Positions 1 through 9,965 are shown, numbered from the stretch's first letter. The stretch is DNA of 64,000 nt from Methanobacteriota archaeon (GCA_020697715.1 JAEHCO010000001.1:98394-162393), one strand, 5' to 3'. Program-made: numbers and translations. Notes: generated from the letters alone by a model not told the origin.

Positions 1-617
1 TCCGGTATAGCTTCAATAAAAAGATGATTGCCATATACTTCCTGCATCCCCCTTGGGCTGATCACAATGGCCGCATTATCCGGGATGTCCATCTCTTTTC
101 TGAGGGAAGAGGACTCTTTTTCATAGCCCCTGTGAAAGGTATCGGTATCAATACCCCAGCGAACTTGCTTTAATTTGTCTCCCAGGGAGTATTCATTTTG
201 GAGGGTGTCGTACATGTTCTGGGTCATACAGGTGATCACATCCGCGGCTTCAAGTGTCCTTTTAGCTGTTTTACGGACTCCCTTGGACTTATTGGGCAGG
301 CCAAATATATCGCTTCCCCAAGCGGTGACAATGAATGGATGGAAGCCAGACAGTGCACCATACATCCCATATCCTAAAACCTGATGCGCATGCAGTATAT
401 CTGGTTCGATCTCCTTGATGATCTTCTTTATAGAGCTCTTAATTTTAGGTCTGGGTATGAAAAACCCTTTATCTATCGGAACATGATGTATGGTCACTCC
501 TTCTATTGGCTCACATTCGGGCGTGATCAAATGAATCTCATGTCCCTTCCGTAGGAACCATTTTGCCCATCTGACCGTGTGTATCGATCCACCATTAGCG
601 ATATAACATATTTTCAT
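1..617 (-). CDS. glycosyltransferase family 1 (GT4-like), 3' end beyond window start
   Basis: Minus-strand ORF with ATG at 615-617 running off the window edge. Translation MKICYIANGGSIHTVRWAKWFLRKGHEIHLITP... resembles a GT4 N-terminal Rossmann domain. Not in the ORF track because it is truncated. Confidence 0.5.
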   Translation of the reverse strand, partial: MKICYIANGGSIHTVRWAKWFLRKGHEIHLITPECEPIEGVTIHHVPIDKGFFIPRPKIKSSIKKIIKEIEPDILHAHQVLGYGMYGALSGFHPFIVTAWGSDIFGLPNKSKGVRKTAKRTLEAADVITCMTQNMYDTLQNEYSLGDKLKQVRWGIDTDTFHRGYEKESSSLRKEMDIPDNAAIVISPRGMQEVYGNHLFIEAIP

Positions 618-683
618 TTGATTCCACTACTTCTTTAAACTATAATGATAATTAAAATTATGTATCATAGAGATACCAATGGA

Positions 684-1832
684 TCAATGAAGCTTTGAGT
701 AGGCTTCGACCAGTCTATTCGACATCTCCTTCCAATTGTACTTCATCTCTGCCGCCTGCCTCCCATTGACCTGCATTTGAGAAAGGAGATCCTTGTCATT
801 GGATATCCTGTTCACACCCTTTAAGAAATCTTTTTCAGAATAGCCAACTGCGAGGCCAACCTTCTCTTGCGTGACGATGTCACCACTCAATATTCCCCTT
901 GTAACGATTATCGGTTTTCCATTGGCCATGGCCTCGAATAATTTATTGGGAGTGCCGATCTGATTATTCAGATCCGCTGGATTGAACATGCAGAGAACCA
1001 TGTCAGATGCCGATGTGTATGGCATCACTTTATCAGAGGGAATACGGCCAAGAAACTTGACATTGGCCATTCCTTCAGATTTCTTTTTGATCTCATCTTC
1101 CAGAGTTCCATAGCCTCCTATCAGGAGTACGATTTCTTTGTCCTTGCTCCCTTTCATAGCTTCGATAGATTCCAATAAGAAACGATCCTTCTCTAGAACT
1201 CCGATATATATGATCACGAATTGATCTTCAATACCAAATTCCTTCCTGATATCCAGCCTATTGAGTTCACCAGCATCTGGAAGGAGCGGGCAGTTCATGA
1301 CGACAATGGGCTTTTTTCCCGATGGCTCCAGCATCTTCTGCAGTTTGTCATTCACGGTTATGATAATATCCGCCTTAGATGACAGCCAGCGCTCTACTCG
1401 ATCTATAAGTTTGATTATCCACATAGATGGGGATGTGCCAGATATCATTCTGGAATAACTCTCATGGGCATCATACACAAGTGGTATCTTCTTTTGTCGG
1501 CTGATCTTGACACCCAGAAACAGAGTGTCAAGGTCATGGGCATGGACTATATCGATATCCATCTTCTTAGTATGAGATCTAGTCCTCTTCCAAAACCTTG
1601 GCAGATTTATCAGATGATCGAAGAAAGAATCATAGCCAGACTCAGGTCCGAATCTCTTTATGCTAATGCCGTCGACCACCTCTTCCTCCGGGGATGCCAT
1701 ATCTCTATCCCAGGCTATGATCGATACCTTATATCCTGCTTCTGTCAGGGACCTGGCTTCCTTGTGAACTCTGGGGTCTGGCCTGAAGGGATTCGTCAGT
1801 AACATCAGTACATGTTTTGGCTTGCCTGCCAT
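684..1832 (-). CDS. glycosyltransferase family 1 (GT4)
   Basis: Track ORF 684..2012. The N-terminal 60 aa overlap the + strand gene, so the start is taken at MAGKPKHVLMLLTNPF (ATG 1830-1832). The C-terminal part carries a GT4-type EAMANGKPIIVT motif. Confidence 0.7.
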   Translation of the reverse strand: MAGKPKHVLMLLTNPFRPDPRVHKEARSLTEAGYKVSIIAWDRDMASPEEEVVDGISIKRFGPESGYDSFFDHLINLPRFWKRTRSHTKKMDIDIVHAHDLDTLFLGVKISRQKKIPLVYDAHESYSRMISGTSPSMWIIKLIDRVERWLSSKADIIITVNDKLQKMLEPSGKKPIVVMNCPLLPDAGELNRLDIRKEFGIEDQFVIIYIGVLEKDRFLLESIEAMKGSKDKEIVLLIGGYGTLEDEIKKKSEGMANVKFLGRIPSDKVMPYTSASDMVLCMFNPADLNNQIGTPNKLFEAMANGKPIIVTRGILSGDIVTQEKVGLAVGYSEKDFLKGVNRISNDKDLLSQMQVNGRQAAEMKYNWKEMSNRLVEAYSKLH

Positions 1833-1950
1833 AAATAGCCCATTGTATTGGATATTAAATATCTTTTGATTGCTCGATACAACACTAGCTTGAGAGAAAT
1901 TAGTTAAATCATGTGAAATGTTTTTATCACCCCGCGACCATGAGGGGGTG

Positions 1951-2466
1951 ATGATCATCGCGATAACCGGCACACCAGGAGTTGGGAAGACCAGCGTGCT
2001 TTCCGAGCCCATCCTTCAAGGACGCGGGTACGAGATAGTCAGTGTGGAGGAACTGGCCACACAACACTGGGCGATCTCCGGAAAGGAGTTGCGGGAAGTG
2101 GATGTCGATCTGCTCGCCTCCAAGATGGAAAAGACCGAGAGAACTGTCCTACTGGACGGCCATCTATCTCATTATCTCAGGCCAGATATCTGCATCGTGC
2201 TGAGATGTGATCCGCGGATCCTGAAGAAAAGATTGGAAGAACGGGATTATCCAGAGCAGAAGGTGCGCGATAATGTGGAGGCCGAGGCCATTGATCTTGT
2301 TCTGATAGAATCAATAGAGCTCAATGAAAAGGTTTATGAGATAGACAATACTGACATATCCTCGGACAAAGTAGCGGAGATGATAATAAGCATCATCTCA
2401 GGCAATGACGAGGGATATGAGCCAGGCAAGGTCAATTGGAGCGAGGTGATAATGGAATGGTACTAG
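1951..2466 (+). CDS. adenylate kinase isoenzyme 6 (AK6/Fap7)-like P-loop NTPase
   Basis: P-loop IAITGTPGVGKTS and a ~170-aa size typical of archaeal AK6/Fap7. Start chosen at ATG 1951, directly preceded by the SD-like GAGGGGGTG; the track start at 1918 is less likely. Confidence 0.6.
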   Translation: MIIAITGTPGVGKTSVLSEPILQGRGYEIVSVEELATQHWAISGKELREVDVDLLASKMEKTERTVLLDGHLSHYLRPDICIVLRCDPRILKKRLEERDYPEQKVRDNVEAEAIDLVLIESIELNEKVYEIDNTDISSDKVAEMIISIISGNDEGYEPGKVNWSEVIMEWY

Positions 2467-3131
2467 ATGGGCAGAGGGACAGAGGCACTGCCATGGTCAA
2501 GCCCCTGGTCAAACCATTTTTGAAGATCGAACCTAATACCATCAGTGTGATCGCCATCATCTTTGCCATTCTGAGCTTCATCACTCTCTATATGGGAGAC
2601 CCAGGTAATTTCCTCTACTATTCCGAAGATTGGTCAATATATCTTCTTCTTGTAACTTCCCTGTTCGTGATCCTAAATGGATTGTTCGACATGATAGACG
2701 GCCTGGTCGCGAAGATGACTGGCAAAGCCTCTGTGAAGGGAGATTTCATAGATCATGTCTTTGATCGTTATGCAGACATCTTCATCCTGGGTGGGATCAT
2801 AATATCCGGATACACGAACTTCTATATCGGATTGTTCGCCCTCGTGGGGGTCTTCATGACCAGCTACATGGGAACCCAGGCGCAGGCACTGGGAGTGAAA
2901 AGAGATTATGGAGGCATATTGGGAAGAGCGGACCGACTGGCCATGTTATTCCTGTTCCCCATTTTCTTATTCATCCACATCCAATACTTCGATGGCCCCG
3001 CTTTGGTATCGGTCTTCAATATAGACCTCACATTATTCGATATAATGATGATATGGTTCGGGATCGCTGGTAATCTCACAGCGATCCAGAGAGGTATCAG
3101 AACTTGGCAGGGCTTGTCTGAGAAAGATTAA
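2457..3131 (+). CDS. CDP-alcohol phosphatidyltransferase family (archaetidylinositol-phosphate synthase-like)
   Basis: Motif DGLVAKMTGKASVKGDFIDHVFDRYAD (DG..A...G...D...D) in a multi-TM protein. ATG 2457 is preceded by GAGGTGA at a 7-nt spacer and overlaps the stop of the upstream gene; the track start 2436 is a TTG. Confidence 0.7.
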   Translation: MVLDGQRDRGTAMVKPLVKPFLKIEPNTISVIAIIFAILSFITLYMGDPGNFLYYSEDWSIYLLLVTSLFVILNGLFDMIDGLVAKMTGKASVKGDFIDHVFDRYADIFILGGIIISGYTNFYIGLFALVGVFMTSYMGTQAQALGVKRDYGGILGRADRLAMLFLFPIFLFIHIQYFDGPALVSVFNIDLTLFDIMMIWFGIAGNLTAIQRGIRTWQGLSEKD

Positions 3132-4249
3132 TTATCCTTATCAGAAGTATCATTCTTTCCTTCTTTTTCATCTTGCTGGCTCTTCCCATTTTCTCCTTTC
3201 TTATCCTTGCCAGTATCTTTTCCCTTGTCCTTATCCCGAGGCTTGCCTTTTATTTTGTAATATGAAAGAGGATGTGTCATCCATTCTTTTTTGCACAAAC
3301 TATCGGGTTCGAAGCAAATTCCCTGGGACACCATGGTGTGACAGCTTTGAGGCAGGTATTCCACGCCTGATGATTTGCCAGTGATGTGCTCGATCTGATA
3401 TCTTGCCAGATTGACATTGAAATCTGGAGATGTGGCGTATAGAGCTAGTATACCCTCAGTGTCTATCCCGATTGTGTTCAGGAAAGCTGTGAGTGCGAAC
3501 CTGCCAACGTGAGGCAGATTCTCCCCACCCTTCAGGGCATTGAGCATGATCTTCATGCAAGGAGGCAGTCGGACGAAACTGATCCTTCCGAATCCTTCTT
3601 TCTTGAATTCCTCTTTTTTCTTCTCGATCTCCACCTTGACATTCTCAATGGTCGGCCTGAAGGTTTCGATTATCTCGTCATTCACTGGCAATGGTAATTC
3701 ATCAGATATTTTATTCTCCAGGGATTGCTGGATCAACCTGCACATCCTTCTCTTGTCCAGGACCAGATAACCAGAATCCAGCTCCTGGGATACGAGAGCC
3801 CATTCCTTCGCCCTCATCTTCGAGCTCAACTTCAGATAATCCGTGAAATGGATCCTCATGTTCTCGCCAGTTTCCAAAGATGCGTTTATGTCCAGGGATA
3901 GCGCGACCTCATGAACGAAATCCATGTCCTGCTCGACAAGGCGTTTGTGCATGCTCACAGCCTCGGCCAGTGAATAATGGATTATCAGCATTTCATCAGC
4001 AGTGGAGGACACGATCATACGAGCCACGATATAGGACAGCATCTCGAAGAGATAGTCCACATCGGAGACCATCGGATGTTCCTTCACCTCCTTATCGAGA
4101 AAAGCCTCCATCACCCTCTGTATCCCGAGATCCCTGGCCCTTTCATAGGCCGGGTCAGTGATGATGGTATCCAGGGTTACTCCATTCTGCTTGAGGTATG
4201 ATGACACCTCTGGTAAAAATGGGAATAAAGCAAGTACCCTGGGCTCCAT
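3128..4249 (-). CDS. priL: DNA primase large subunit PriL
   Basis: LPPCMKIM...GRFALTAFL...YQIEHITG...CHTMVSQGICFEPDSLC...PLSYY matches the Fe-S C-terminal domain of archaeal PriL. A long K/D/G-rich C-terminal tail follows. Confidence 0.8.
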   Translation of the reverse strand: MEPRVLALFPFLPEVSSYLKQNGVTLDTIITDPAYERARDLGIQRVMEAFLDKEVKEHPMVSDVDYLFEMLSYIVARMIVSSTADEMLIIHYSLAEAVSMHKRLVEQDMDFVHEVALSLDINASLETGENMRIHFTDYLKLSSKMRAKEWALVSQELDSGYLVLDKRRMCRLIQQSLENKISDELPLPVNDEIIETFRPTIENVKVEIEKKKEEFKKEGFGRISFVRLPPCMKIMLNALKGGENLPHVGRFALTAFLNTIGIDTEGILALYATSPDFNVNLARYQIEHITGKSSGVEYLPQSCHTMVSQGICFEPDSLCKKEWMTHPLSYYKIKGKPRDKDKGKDTGKDKKGENGKSQQDEKEGKNDTSDKDN

Positions 4250-4285
4250 GCATGTATGATGAGACTTAGATAATAAAAAACTATC

Positions 4286-6202
4286 CTACTTCAATCTGAT
4301 AGTCTCAAGGTTCATTGGAGCTCGAGTTTCAAATCCAAATTTCCTATAAAGGCTGCTGGCCAGATCAGAGCATTTGTACTCCTCACCGTGGCCGATAAGT
4401 ATCTTCTCCGGCCGTGGGTCAAGCCCATCGATGTAATTCAGCAACTGCATCCTGTCCGAGTGCCCGGAGAAACCATCGATTATTTCGATGTTAAGCTTGA
4501 CATCGACAGTTATGCCACCGCCTCTCTCATTGAGCATGATCTGCTTCCAGCCCTTCTGAATTCTTCGCCCAATGGTGCCTTCTGCCTGATAACCGACAAA
4601 CACAATAGTATTCTTGGGATGGGGTGCCCAGGCCTTGAAATATTCCAGGACTGGCCCACCATTCATCATACCCGCGGTCGCGAGAACGATGCAAGGCTCT
4701 GGATCATCGCAGATCCTGTGCCTCATCTCATGGCTGTCCACTCTCTGGAAGATGGGTGAAAGGAAAGGATTCTCGCCCTGCTGGAATATCTGGGTTCTCA
4801 GGGAACTGTTCAGGAATTCAGGATATGCAGTGTGGATGGCGGTCGCTTCCCATATCATACCATCCAGATATATCGGAACTGTTGGGATCTGCTCATTTCG
4901 CATGAGATCCTCCATAACTAACATAACTTCTTGAGAACGCCCAACGGCAAACACTGGAATTATGACCTTGCCCTCTCTCTTCAAGGTCCTTTTCAGAACC
5001 TCTTTCAACTGCGCAGAGGCATCATGACGGCTTGGTTGCAGGTCATGATATCCTCCGTATGTGGATTCCATAATGATCGCTTCAAGTCTGGGGAAGCGAT
5101 TGACTGCCGCATTGAAGAGCCAGGATTTCTCGAACTTGATATCACCGGTAAAGGCGATATTATACAATCCATCGCCTATGTGGAAATGACTGGTCGCTGA
5201 CCCCAGGATATGGCCCGCATTCTGGAATGTGAGGCGGACATCTGGCGAGATATCCGTTGTCTCGCCATATTTCAAGGTTATGCAGCGCTTGACCATTTCC
5301 CTGACATGGGTGGAGTCATACGGTGCTTTTCTGGCCTCTCCGAAAGAAACTTTTATGAAATCTATCAGAAGAAGGGACATCAGGTCTCTTGTTGGGGCCG
5401 TGCAGTATACTGGGCCTTCATAACCGTATTTGTAAAGAGCTGGTAGAAGACCGGAGTGATCGAGATGTGCATGTGTGATGACCACCGCATCGAGAGAATC
5501 CAATGGCTGTAGCTCGGGAGCATTAAGGAAGGGGTGTGCGCCATCTCCTGAAGGCATGACACCACAATCGATCAATATCTTACTGTCCTTGGTCATGAGC
5601 AAGCTGGCGCTACGACCGACCTCTCTGTAACCACCCAGGGCGGTCATCCTGACAAAGCTCTCCCCGGAGGAAGTGCTTCGGGCAAGTTTACGGCCATGTT
5701 TCCGAAGGAAGTCCTGCCTCTCGGTCTTGACCGAGCGCAGATATTTGCGTACCTCATTAACTGTCTTTGATGGAATTGGAGGAGCACGAACCACCTTGGG
5801 TGCCCAGCCAATTTTCTTTTTAAGATCATTGAGAACTGCCCCGTGCTTGCCTATGACGATGCCGGGAGATATGGCCTCTATGGTCACCACTCCAGTATCG
5901 TCATCGAAGAAGATATCGGTAACTTCCGCTTCCGTGGGTATTATCTCCCTGATCTTCTTTTCGGATTCTTCAGTGTGAGTCAGCAGTGAAGGATCGGGTC
6001 TTATGGAGATCCTTCTTCTCAATGCCTGAGCTAATAATCTGACAAGTTCATTATTGTCAGCGAAGTCTTCCATGTTCTTTGTATAAATTACAATAACAGG
6101 ACCCTCGAAATCTATGCTGGTAATTGTGATGCTGGGTGGGACTATCTTCTTAATCTCCCTCTCTGCATCTTCCAGTATCTTATCTACAGACATGGCATTC
6201 AC
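4286..6202 (-). CDS. fttA: aCPSF1 / FttA (KH-domain beta-CASP metallo-beta-lactamase ribonuclease)
   Basis: N-terminal KH region, HAHLDHSG metallo-beta-lactamase motif and beta-CASP region. 638 aa is typical, as is the position next to the proteasome beta gene. Confidence 0.9.
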   Translation of the reverse strand: MNAMSVDKILEDAEREIKKIVPPSITITSIDFEGPVIVIYTKNMEDFADNNELVRLLAQALRRRISIRPDPSLLTHTEESEKKIREIIPTEAEVTDIFFDDDTGVVTIEAISPGIVIGKHGAVLNDLKKKIGWAPKVVRAPPIPSKTVNEVRKYLRSVKTERQDFLRKHGRKLARSTSSGESFVRMTALGGYREVGRSASLLMTKDSKILIDCGVMPSGDGAHPFLNAPELQPLDSLDAVVITHAHLDHSGLLPALYKYGYEGPVYCTAPTRDLMSLLLIDFIKVSFGEARKAPYDSTHVREMVKRCITLKYGETTDISPDVRLTFQNAGHILGSATSHFHIGDGLYNIAFTGDIKFEKSWLFNAAVNRFPRLEAIIMESTYGGYHDLQPSRHDASAQLKEVLKRTLKREGKVIIPVFAVGRSQEVMLVMEDLMRNEQIPTVPIYLDGMIWEATAIHTAYPEFLNSSLRTQIFQQGENPFLSPIFQRVDSHEMRHRICDDPEPCIVLATAGMMNGGPVLEYFKAWAPHPKNTIVFVGYQAEGTIGRRIQKGWKQIMLNERGGGITVDVKLNIEIIDGFSGHSDRMQLLNYIDGLDPRPEKILIGHGEEYKCSDLASSLYRKFGFETRAPMNLETIRLK

Positions 6203-6228
6203 TCACTACTCTGTTTAATCTGGTCAAA

Positions 6229-6870
6229 TTATGATATTTTCATTTTGGTCAGTTTCTTATTGATCTCATCATCTGTCAATTCTTTAAAGCCCTTACTTGA
6301 TATCAATGCAACACTCACGCCATTTCCAGAGGCAGAATCCCTCTTCATCGCCATGTGCAATGCTCTTATGGCAAGGTCCGCGCCTTCATCAAGTGTCAGG
6401 CCTTCTTTGAAATGATCTTCAAGAACACCATAAACATATGGAGAACCAGATCCAGTTGTCACATAATCATCAGGTATCGATCCACCTGCGGCATCCAAAG
6501 AATAGACATGGTATCCATCCTTGTCAATACCTGCTACGATCAGCTGAACGTAATAGGGAGCGAACTTGCGCCCATTGAGGATATTTGACATGAGCGTGGC
6601 AGCAGCCACGATCGGCATCGGGTTCTTCTGCTTCATGTTATAAAGCTCAGCCTCAGCCCTGAGATACCTGGCCAATACCTGAGCATCTCCCACAAGACCT
6701 GCAACTGTCAGGCCGATATTATCATCGATCTTGAACAGTTTCTGCGTCTTCTTATGTGCAATAAGCGTACCCATGGTGGCTCTGTGTTCAGTAGCAATAA
6801 CTACTCCATCCTTGCATGTGAGGCCAACTGTTGTCGTCCCCTTCAGTAAATTATTTTTTTCATTATCCAT
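6229..6870 (-). CDS. psmB: proteasome subunit beta
   Basis: TTTVGL catalytic N-terminus after a short propeptide and typical Ntn-hydrolase sequence. The track ORF extends to 6921; the start is taken at [14 protein letters not shown]. Confidence 0.85.
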   Translation of the reverse strand: MDNEKNNLLKGTTTVGLTCKDGVVIATEHRATMGTLIAHKKTQKLFKIDDNIGLTVAGLVGDAQVLARYLRAEAELYNMKQKNPMPIVAAATLMSNILNGRKFAPYYVQLIVAGIDKDGYHVYSLDAAGGSIPDDYVTTGSGSPYVYGVLEDHFKEGLTLDEGADLAIRALHMAMKRDSASGNGVSVALISSKGFKELTDDEINKKLTKMKIS

Positions 6871-7073
6871 GTAATCACTCACCCAAAATGTTGATAGAAT
6901 ATAGAAAGCGGTAAACCGCAAACTCTTTCATTTTGTCTTCTATGATAACAAACTACATCATGCATATGTATAGATGTATATAATCGTTTCTAAAACAATA
7001 TCGATGTGGGAGTGAGATTATCGGGAAATATTATTCAAAATATCCAGAAATATGCCAAATAAAATTATAGGCA

Positions 7074-7451
7074 TTAAAGAACTTTCAACTGCATCTCATT
7101 ACCACTCCTGTCATAGGCCTTCCAGGAATCTTTTTTGTAGGGATAATGAGCGATGATGTGTGTGGAGCCATATCTTGAAAATAAGTTTAGATCAGCATCC
7201 GATGGTTGAGGGTGCATGCTGGGATGTGAATGTGCGATGCCCACTATTGAAAAATCAATGGGCAACATATGAAGGCGCAGTATCGCACTACTTCCACCAG
7301 ATATAGTTCCAGGAACAAGTATCAACTCGGTTATTACGCCATCTTGACCTCTCATAGCGCATGCGAACTCCTTTGGATGACTATCTTTGGCTGATGCCAT
7401 GATCATGGATATGACGGATCTCAATACAGCATATGGTTTTTTATTTATCAT
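7074..7451 (-). CDS. JAMM/MPN+ metalloprotease (Mov34 family, SAMP-deconjugase-like)
   Basis: Conserved Glu (EFACAM) plus HSHPSMHPQPSDAD, i.e. the HxHx7Sx2D JAMM motif. Confidence 0.7.
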   Translation of the reverse strand: MINKKPYAVLRSVISMIMASAKDSHPKEFACAMRGQDGVITELILVPGTISGGSSAILRLHMLPIDFSIVGIAHSHPSMHPQPSDADLNLFSRYGSTHIIAHYPYKKDSWKAYDRSGNEMQLKVL

Positions 7452-7484
7452 TGTTCCAATAACTCCAGAATAATCTCTACCATA

Positions 7485-8282
7485 TCAAACCGTCAGATTC
7501 TCCCAAACCTTCTGATAGAAACTTTTACCGAACTGGATGAACCTGGATGGTTTTTCTGACATGGTGAACGACACCGTGTCAGAAGGCCCAACATCTATCT
7601 GCTCCTGGCCATCCAGCACCAGGACACAATCCTTGCCCTTTAATGGCTTAATTTGGATCTGGCTCTTGGCCGGGACCACGATGGGTCTGGCGGATAATCT
7701 GAAGGGCGCGATGGGCGCGATGACGAAAGCCTCGGCCTTGGGGTCGATGATCGGACCTCCAACACTCAGAGAATAACAGGTCGAGCCAGTGGATGTTGAC
7801 ACGATAATGCCATCAGCCCTTATGCACATGGCCTGATCTCCATCTATCAATATCTCAAAATCTCTCATCTTCGAGATATGGGAAGTGTGGATCACACCTT
7901 CATTCGTGCAATCCAGAAGTCTTTTTTCGTTTATGGACACCTGCATGCGTATCCTTTCCTCAATAGTGTAATCTCCATTCTTCACCCTCTGGAGCTTTTC
8001 ATCAAGGTCATCCATATCCGCAGAAGCCAGGAAGCCCACAAGGCCAGCATTGATTCCCAGAATAGGAGCGTCGTTCATCTGCAATGCCTTCAGGATGGTT
8101 CCATCCCCACCTATTGTTATGAGGATGTCAACATCAAGGTCTTTGATATTGTAACCTTCGATACCCAACATGGATGCCAGATCTCCAGATATCTTCACAT
8201 CGGGACCAAGGATCTCCATGGTCCTCTTGGCTATGTCGATCACATCTCTGACTTTGGGATTGGCTACAAGACCATATTTCAT
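7485..8282 (-). CDS. nadK: NAD+ kinase
   Basis: GGDGTIL motif (ILITIGGDGTILKAL) and a ~265-aa size. Confidence 0.85.
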   Translation of the reverse strand: MKYGLVANPKVRDVIDIAKRTMEILGPDVKISGDLASMLGIEGYNIKDLDVDILITIGGDGTILKALQMNDAPILGINAGLVGFLASADMDDLDEKLQRVKNGDYTIEERIRMQVSINEKRLLDCTNEGVIHTSHISKMRDFEILIDGDQAMCIRADGIIVSTSTGSTCYSLSVGGPIIDPKAEAFVIAPIAPFRLSARPIVVPAKSQIQIKPLKGKDCVLVLDGQEQIDVGPSDTVSFTMSEKPSRFIQFGKSFYQKVWENLTV

Positions 8283-9058
8283 AAAAAGACCTCCAGGATA
8301 CTATCATCCATCAAGGCTATCATATTATTTCGATCATCGAGATCGAGGCTCATTGAGAGTGGTTTGCCAGAGGTATCGTATATCTGGCCGCCAGCCTCTC
8401 GGAGTATCAGGACCGAGGCCGCGATATCCGTCACTCGCAATCTCTGAGTTGGATCATCATTATTATAGTAATAAACACTGGACTGGCCAGAGGCCACAGA
8501 GCATATATCGAGGGAAGCGGATCCAAAGGCTCTCACTTTCTTGAAATTCTTAATAATATCATATATGCCAGTATTTGTATCGCCACCGAAATGAGTGGAT
8601 ATCATGAGATTATCCAACTCTGCATTTGTCTGGGTGCTATCCAGCTTCACACCATTGAAATAAGCCCCTTCACCTTTTTCCGCGTGGTAAAGGTCCCCAG
8701 TGCATGGATTGTAGACGATACCGAGGCTGATATCTTGGATATTCTGCCTTCCTATGGCCAGTGATACACTGAAATAAGGAATGTTCCTCTTGGCATTGGA
8801 TGTGCCATCAATTGGATCCACAACAAGGGTATCATCAAAACCTCTGTCAATGAATCCAGCCTCTTCACTCAGGATATTAAGAGGTAGCTTCTCACCCTCG
8901 ACATAATCCAATATGATCTTCTCCGCCACCTTGTCAATATGAGCGGTGGGAGTACCATCAGCACCCATTTCCACTGGCCTGGCTCTATCCTTAACAGGGA
9001 TCTGATTGACCACATTGCCAATGTCCTGAGCCAGAATTATCAGTTCGTCCATCATCAT
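8279..9058 (-). CDS. suhB: inositol monophosphatase / fructose-1,6-bisphosphatase family (IMPase/NADP phosphatase-like)
   Basis: DPIDGTSNAKRNIPYFSVSLA metal-binding motif. Overlaps the nadK start by 4 nt. Confidence 0.8.
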   Translation of the reverse strand: MMMDELIILAQDIGNVVNQIPVKDRARPVEMGADGTPTAHIDKVAEKIILDYVEGEKLPLNILSEEAGFIDRGFDDTLVVDPIDGTSNAKRNIPYFSVSLAIGRQNIQDISLGIVYNPCTGDLYHAEKGEGAYFNGVKLDSTQTNAELDNLMISTHFGGDTNTGIYDIIKNFKKVRAFGSASLDICSVASGQSSVYYYNNDDPTQRLRVTDIAASVLILREAGGQIYDTSGKPLSMSLDLDDRNNMIALMDDSILEVFL

Positions 9059-9092
9059 ATTGATAGAGGAACTTCGAGCTTATATAATTTAT

Positions 9093-9371
9093 CTAATCAT
9101 TAAAAATAGTGGAAAAACCAGGGATACCTATTCCCTGGTCTTTCATCAGCTTACGAATGCTGAAGTCTATCTCGTAGGACTCGGCAAGTTGCTTGGCCAG
9201 CTTCTTGTCCATGCCATTTTTTATGAGGCCTTTCTTGAAAGCTCTAGCAGACCTTTTCATCCTTCTCTTGAACACCATATATGCCCAGAGAAATTTCATG
9301 ACAAGGCCTGGTAATTTTGGCACTATACTTGCGACCATCCTCAGTTCTTCATTCTTTGGCGTAGGTATCAC
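9093..9371 (-). CDS. hypothetical small basic protein
   Basis: 92-aa ORF with AGGAG upstream of the ATG, 10 nt downstream of the preceding same-strand gene. Confidence 0.4.
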   Translation of the reverse strand: MIPTPKNEELRMVASIVPKLPGLVMKFLWAYMVFKRRMKRSARAFKKGLIKNGMDKKLAKQLAESYEIDFSIRKLMKDQGIGIPGFSTIFND

Positions 9372-9381
9372 TCCTATCAGG

Positions 9382-9756
9382 TCACTCGTCTTCGTCCAAT
9401 ATACCTTTGTTCTTCAGCTTCACTTTGATCTTCTTCTCGATCTCGTCACCGAACTCATCGCCATGCTTGTGGCCACCACCGATATTGATATTATCTCCGC
9501 CAAGACCGCCAATGGCCTGGCTTATCAATAATCCAGGGCTGGAACTCTCCATGAACTTCTGTGTGAGCTCGTAAGCTTTGTCTGCTGGCATTCCATTGTC
9601 CACCATGGTCTTATAGAACTCGGCAACGGACTTTCCGAATTCTTTTGTCTTCTCGGGATTGAAGAGTGCGTCTGTTATCTCATTCAGTAACTTGGGAACC
9701 GTATCGGATACGGCCTCGAGTATTTCTCTTACTTCTTGTGCGTCTTTATCTGACAT
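9382..9756 (-). CDS. hypothetical protein (acidic, glycine-rich segment GGLGGDNINIGGGHKHGD)
   Basis: 124-aa ORF with a strong SD, AAGGAGGTAAAAA ATG, upstream of 9756. Confidence 0.5.
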   Translation of the reverse strand: MSDKDAQEVREILEAVSDTVPKLLNEITDALFNPEKTKEFGKSVAEFYKTMVDNGMPADKAYELTQKFMESSSPGLLISQAIGGLGGDNINIGGGHKHGDEFGDEIEKKIKVKLKNKGILDEDE

Positions 9757-9869
9757 TTTTTTACCTCCTTATGCAGTTTCTTTTTTTTAATGTGTGAACT
9801 TGCTTCGCACATTATTTTACTTCGAGTTTCCGAAGTTCTTTCAACTGCTCTATGAGTAGAATACGGTGG

Positions 9870-9965
9870 TTAGGGTATATAAAAAAACTGGAAATAAGTG
9901 ACCACTTTTTGTTCCACTCAGGCGTGGGGCTGTATTCCCCGAATGGTCACACAAAATGTGATAAA
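9870..9965 (+). ncRNA. candidate small RNA: TATA-like box (GTATATAAAAAA) followed by a 7-bp-stem hairpin ending immediately before ACA
   Basis: GTGACCA-(41 nt, with inner GGGG-ctgtatt-CCCC)-TGGTCAC then ACA, in a 327-bp intergenic region. Not supported by any known-family match; speculative. Confidence 0.2.

Noticed and set aside
175-384. 69-aa + ORF at window start
   Set aside because: It lies antisense within the partial glycosyltransferase gene (1..617 minus).
3509-4201. Short + strand ORFs inside priL and similar ORFs inside fttA (4388..5978)
   Set aside because: They are nested antisense to strongly supported genes.
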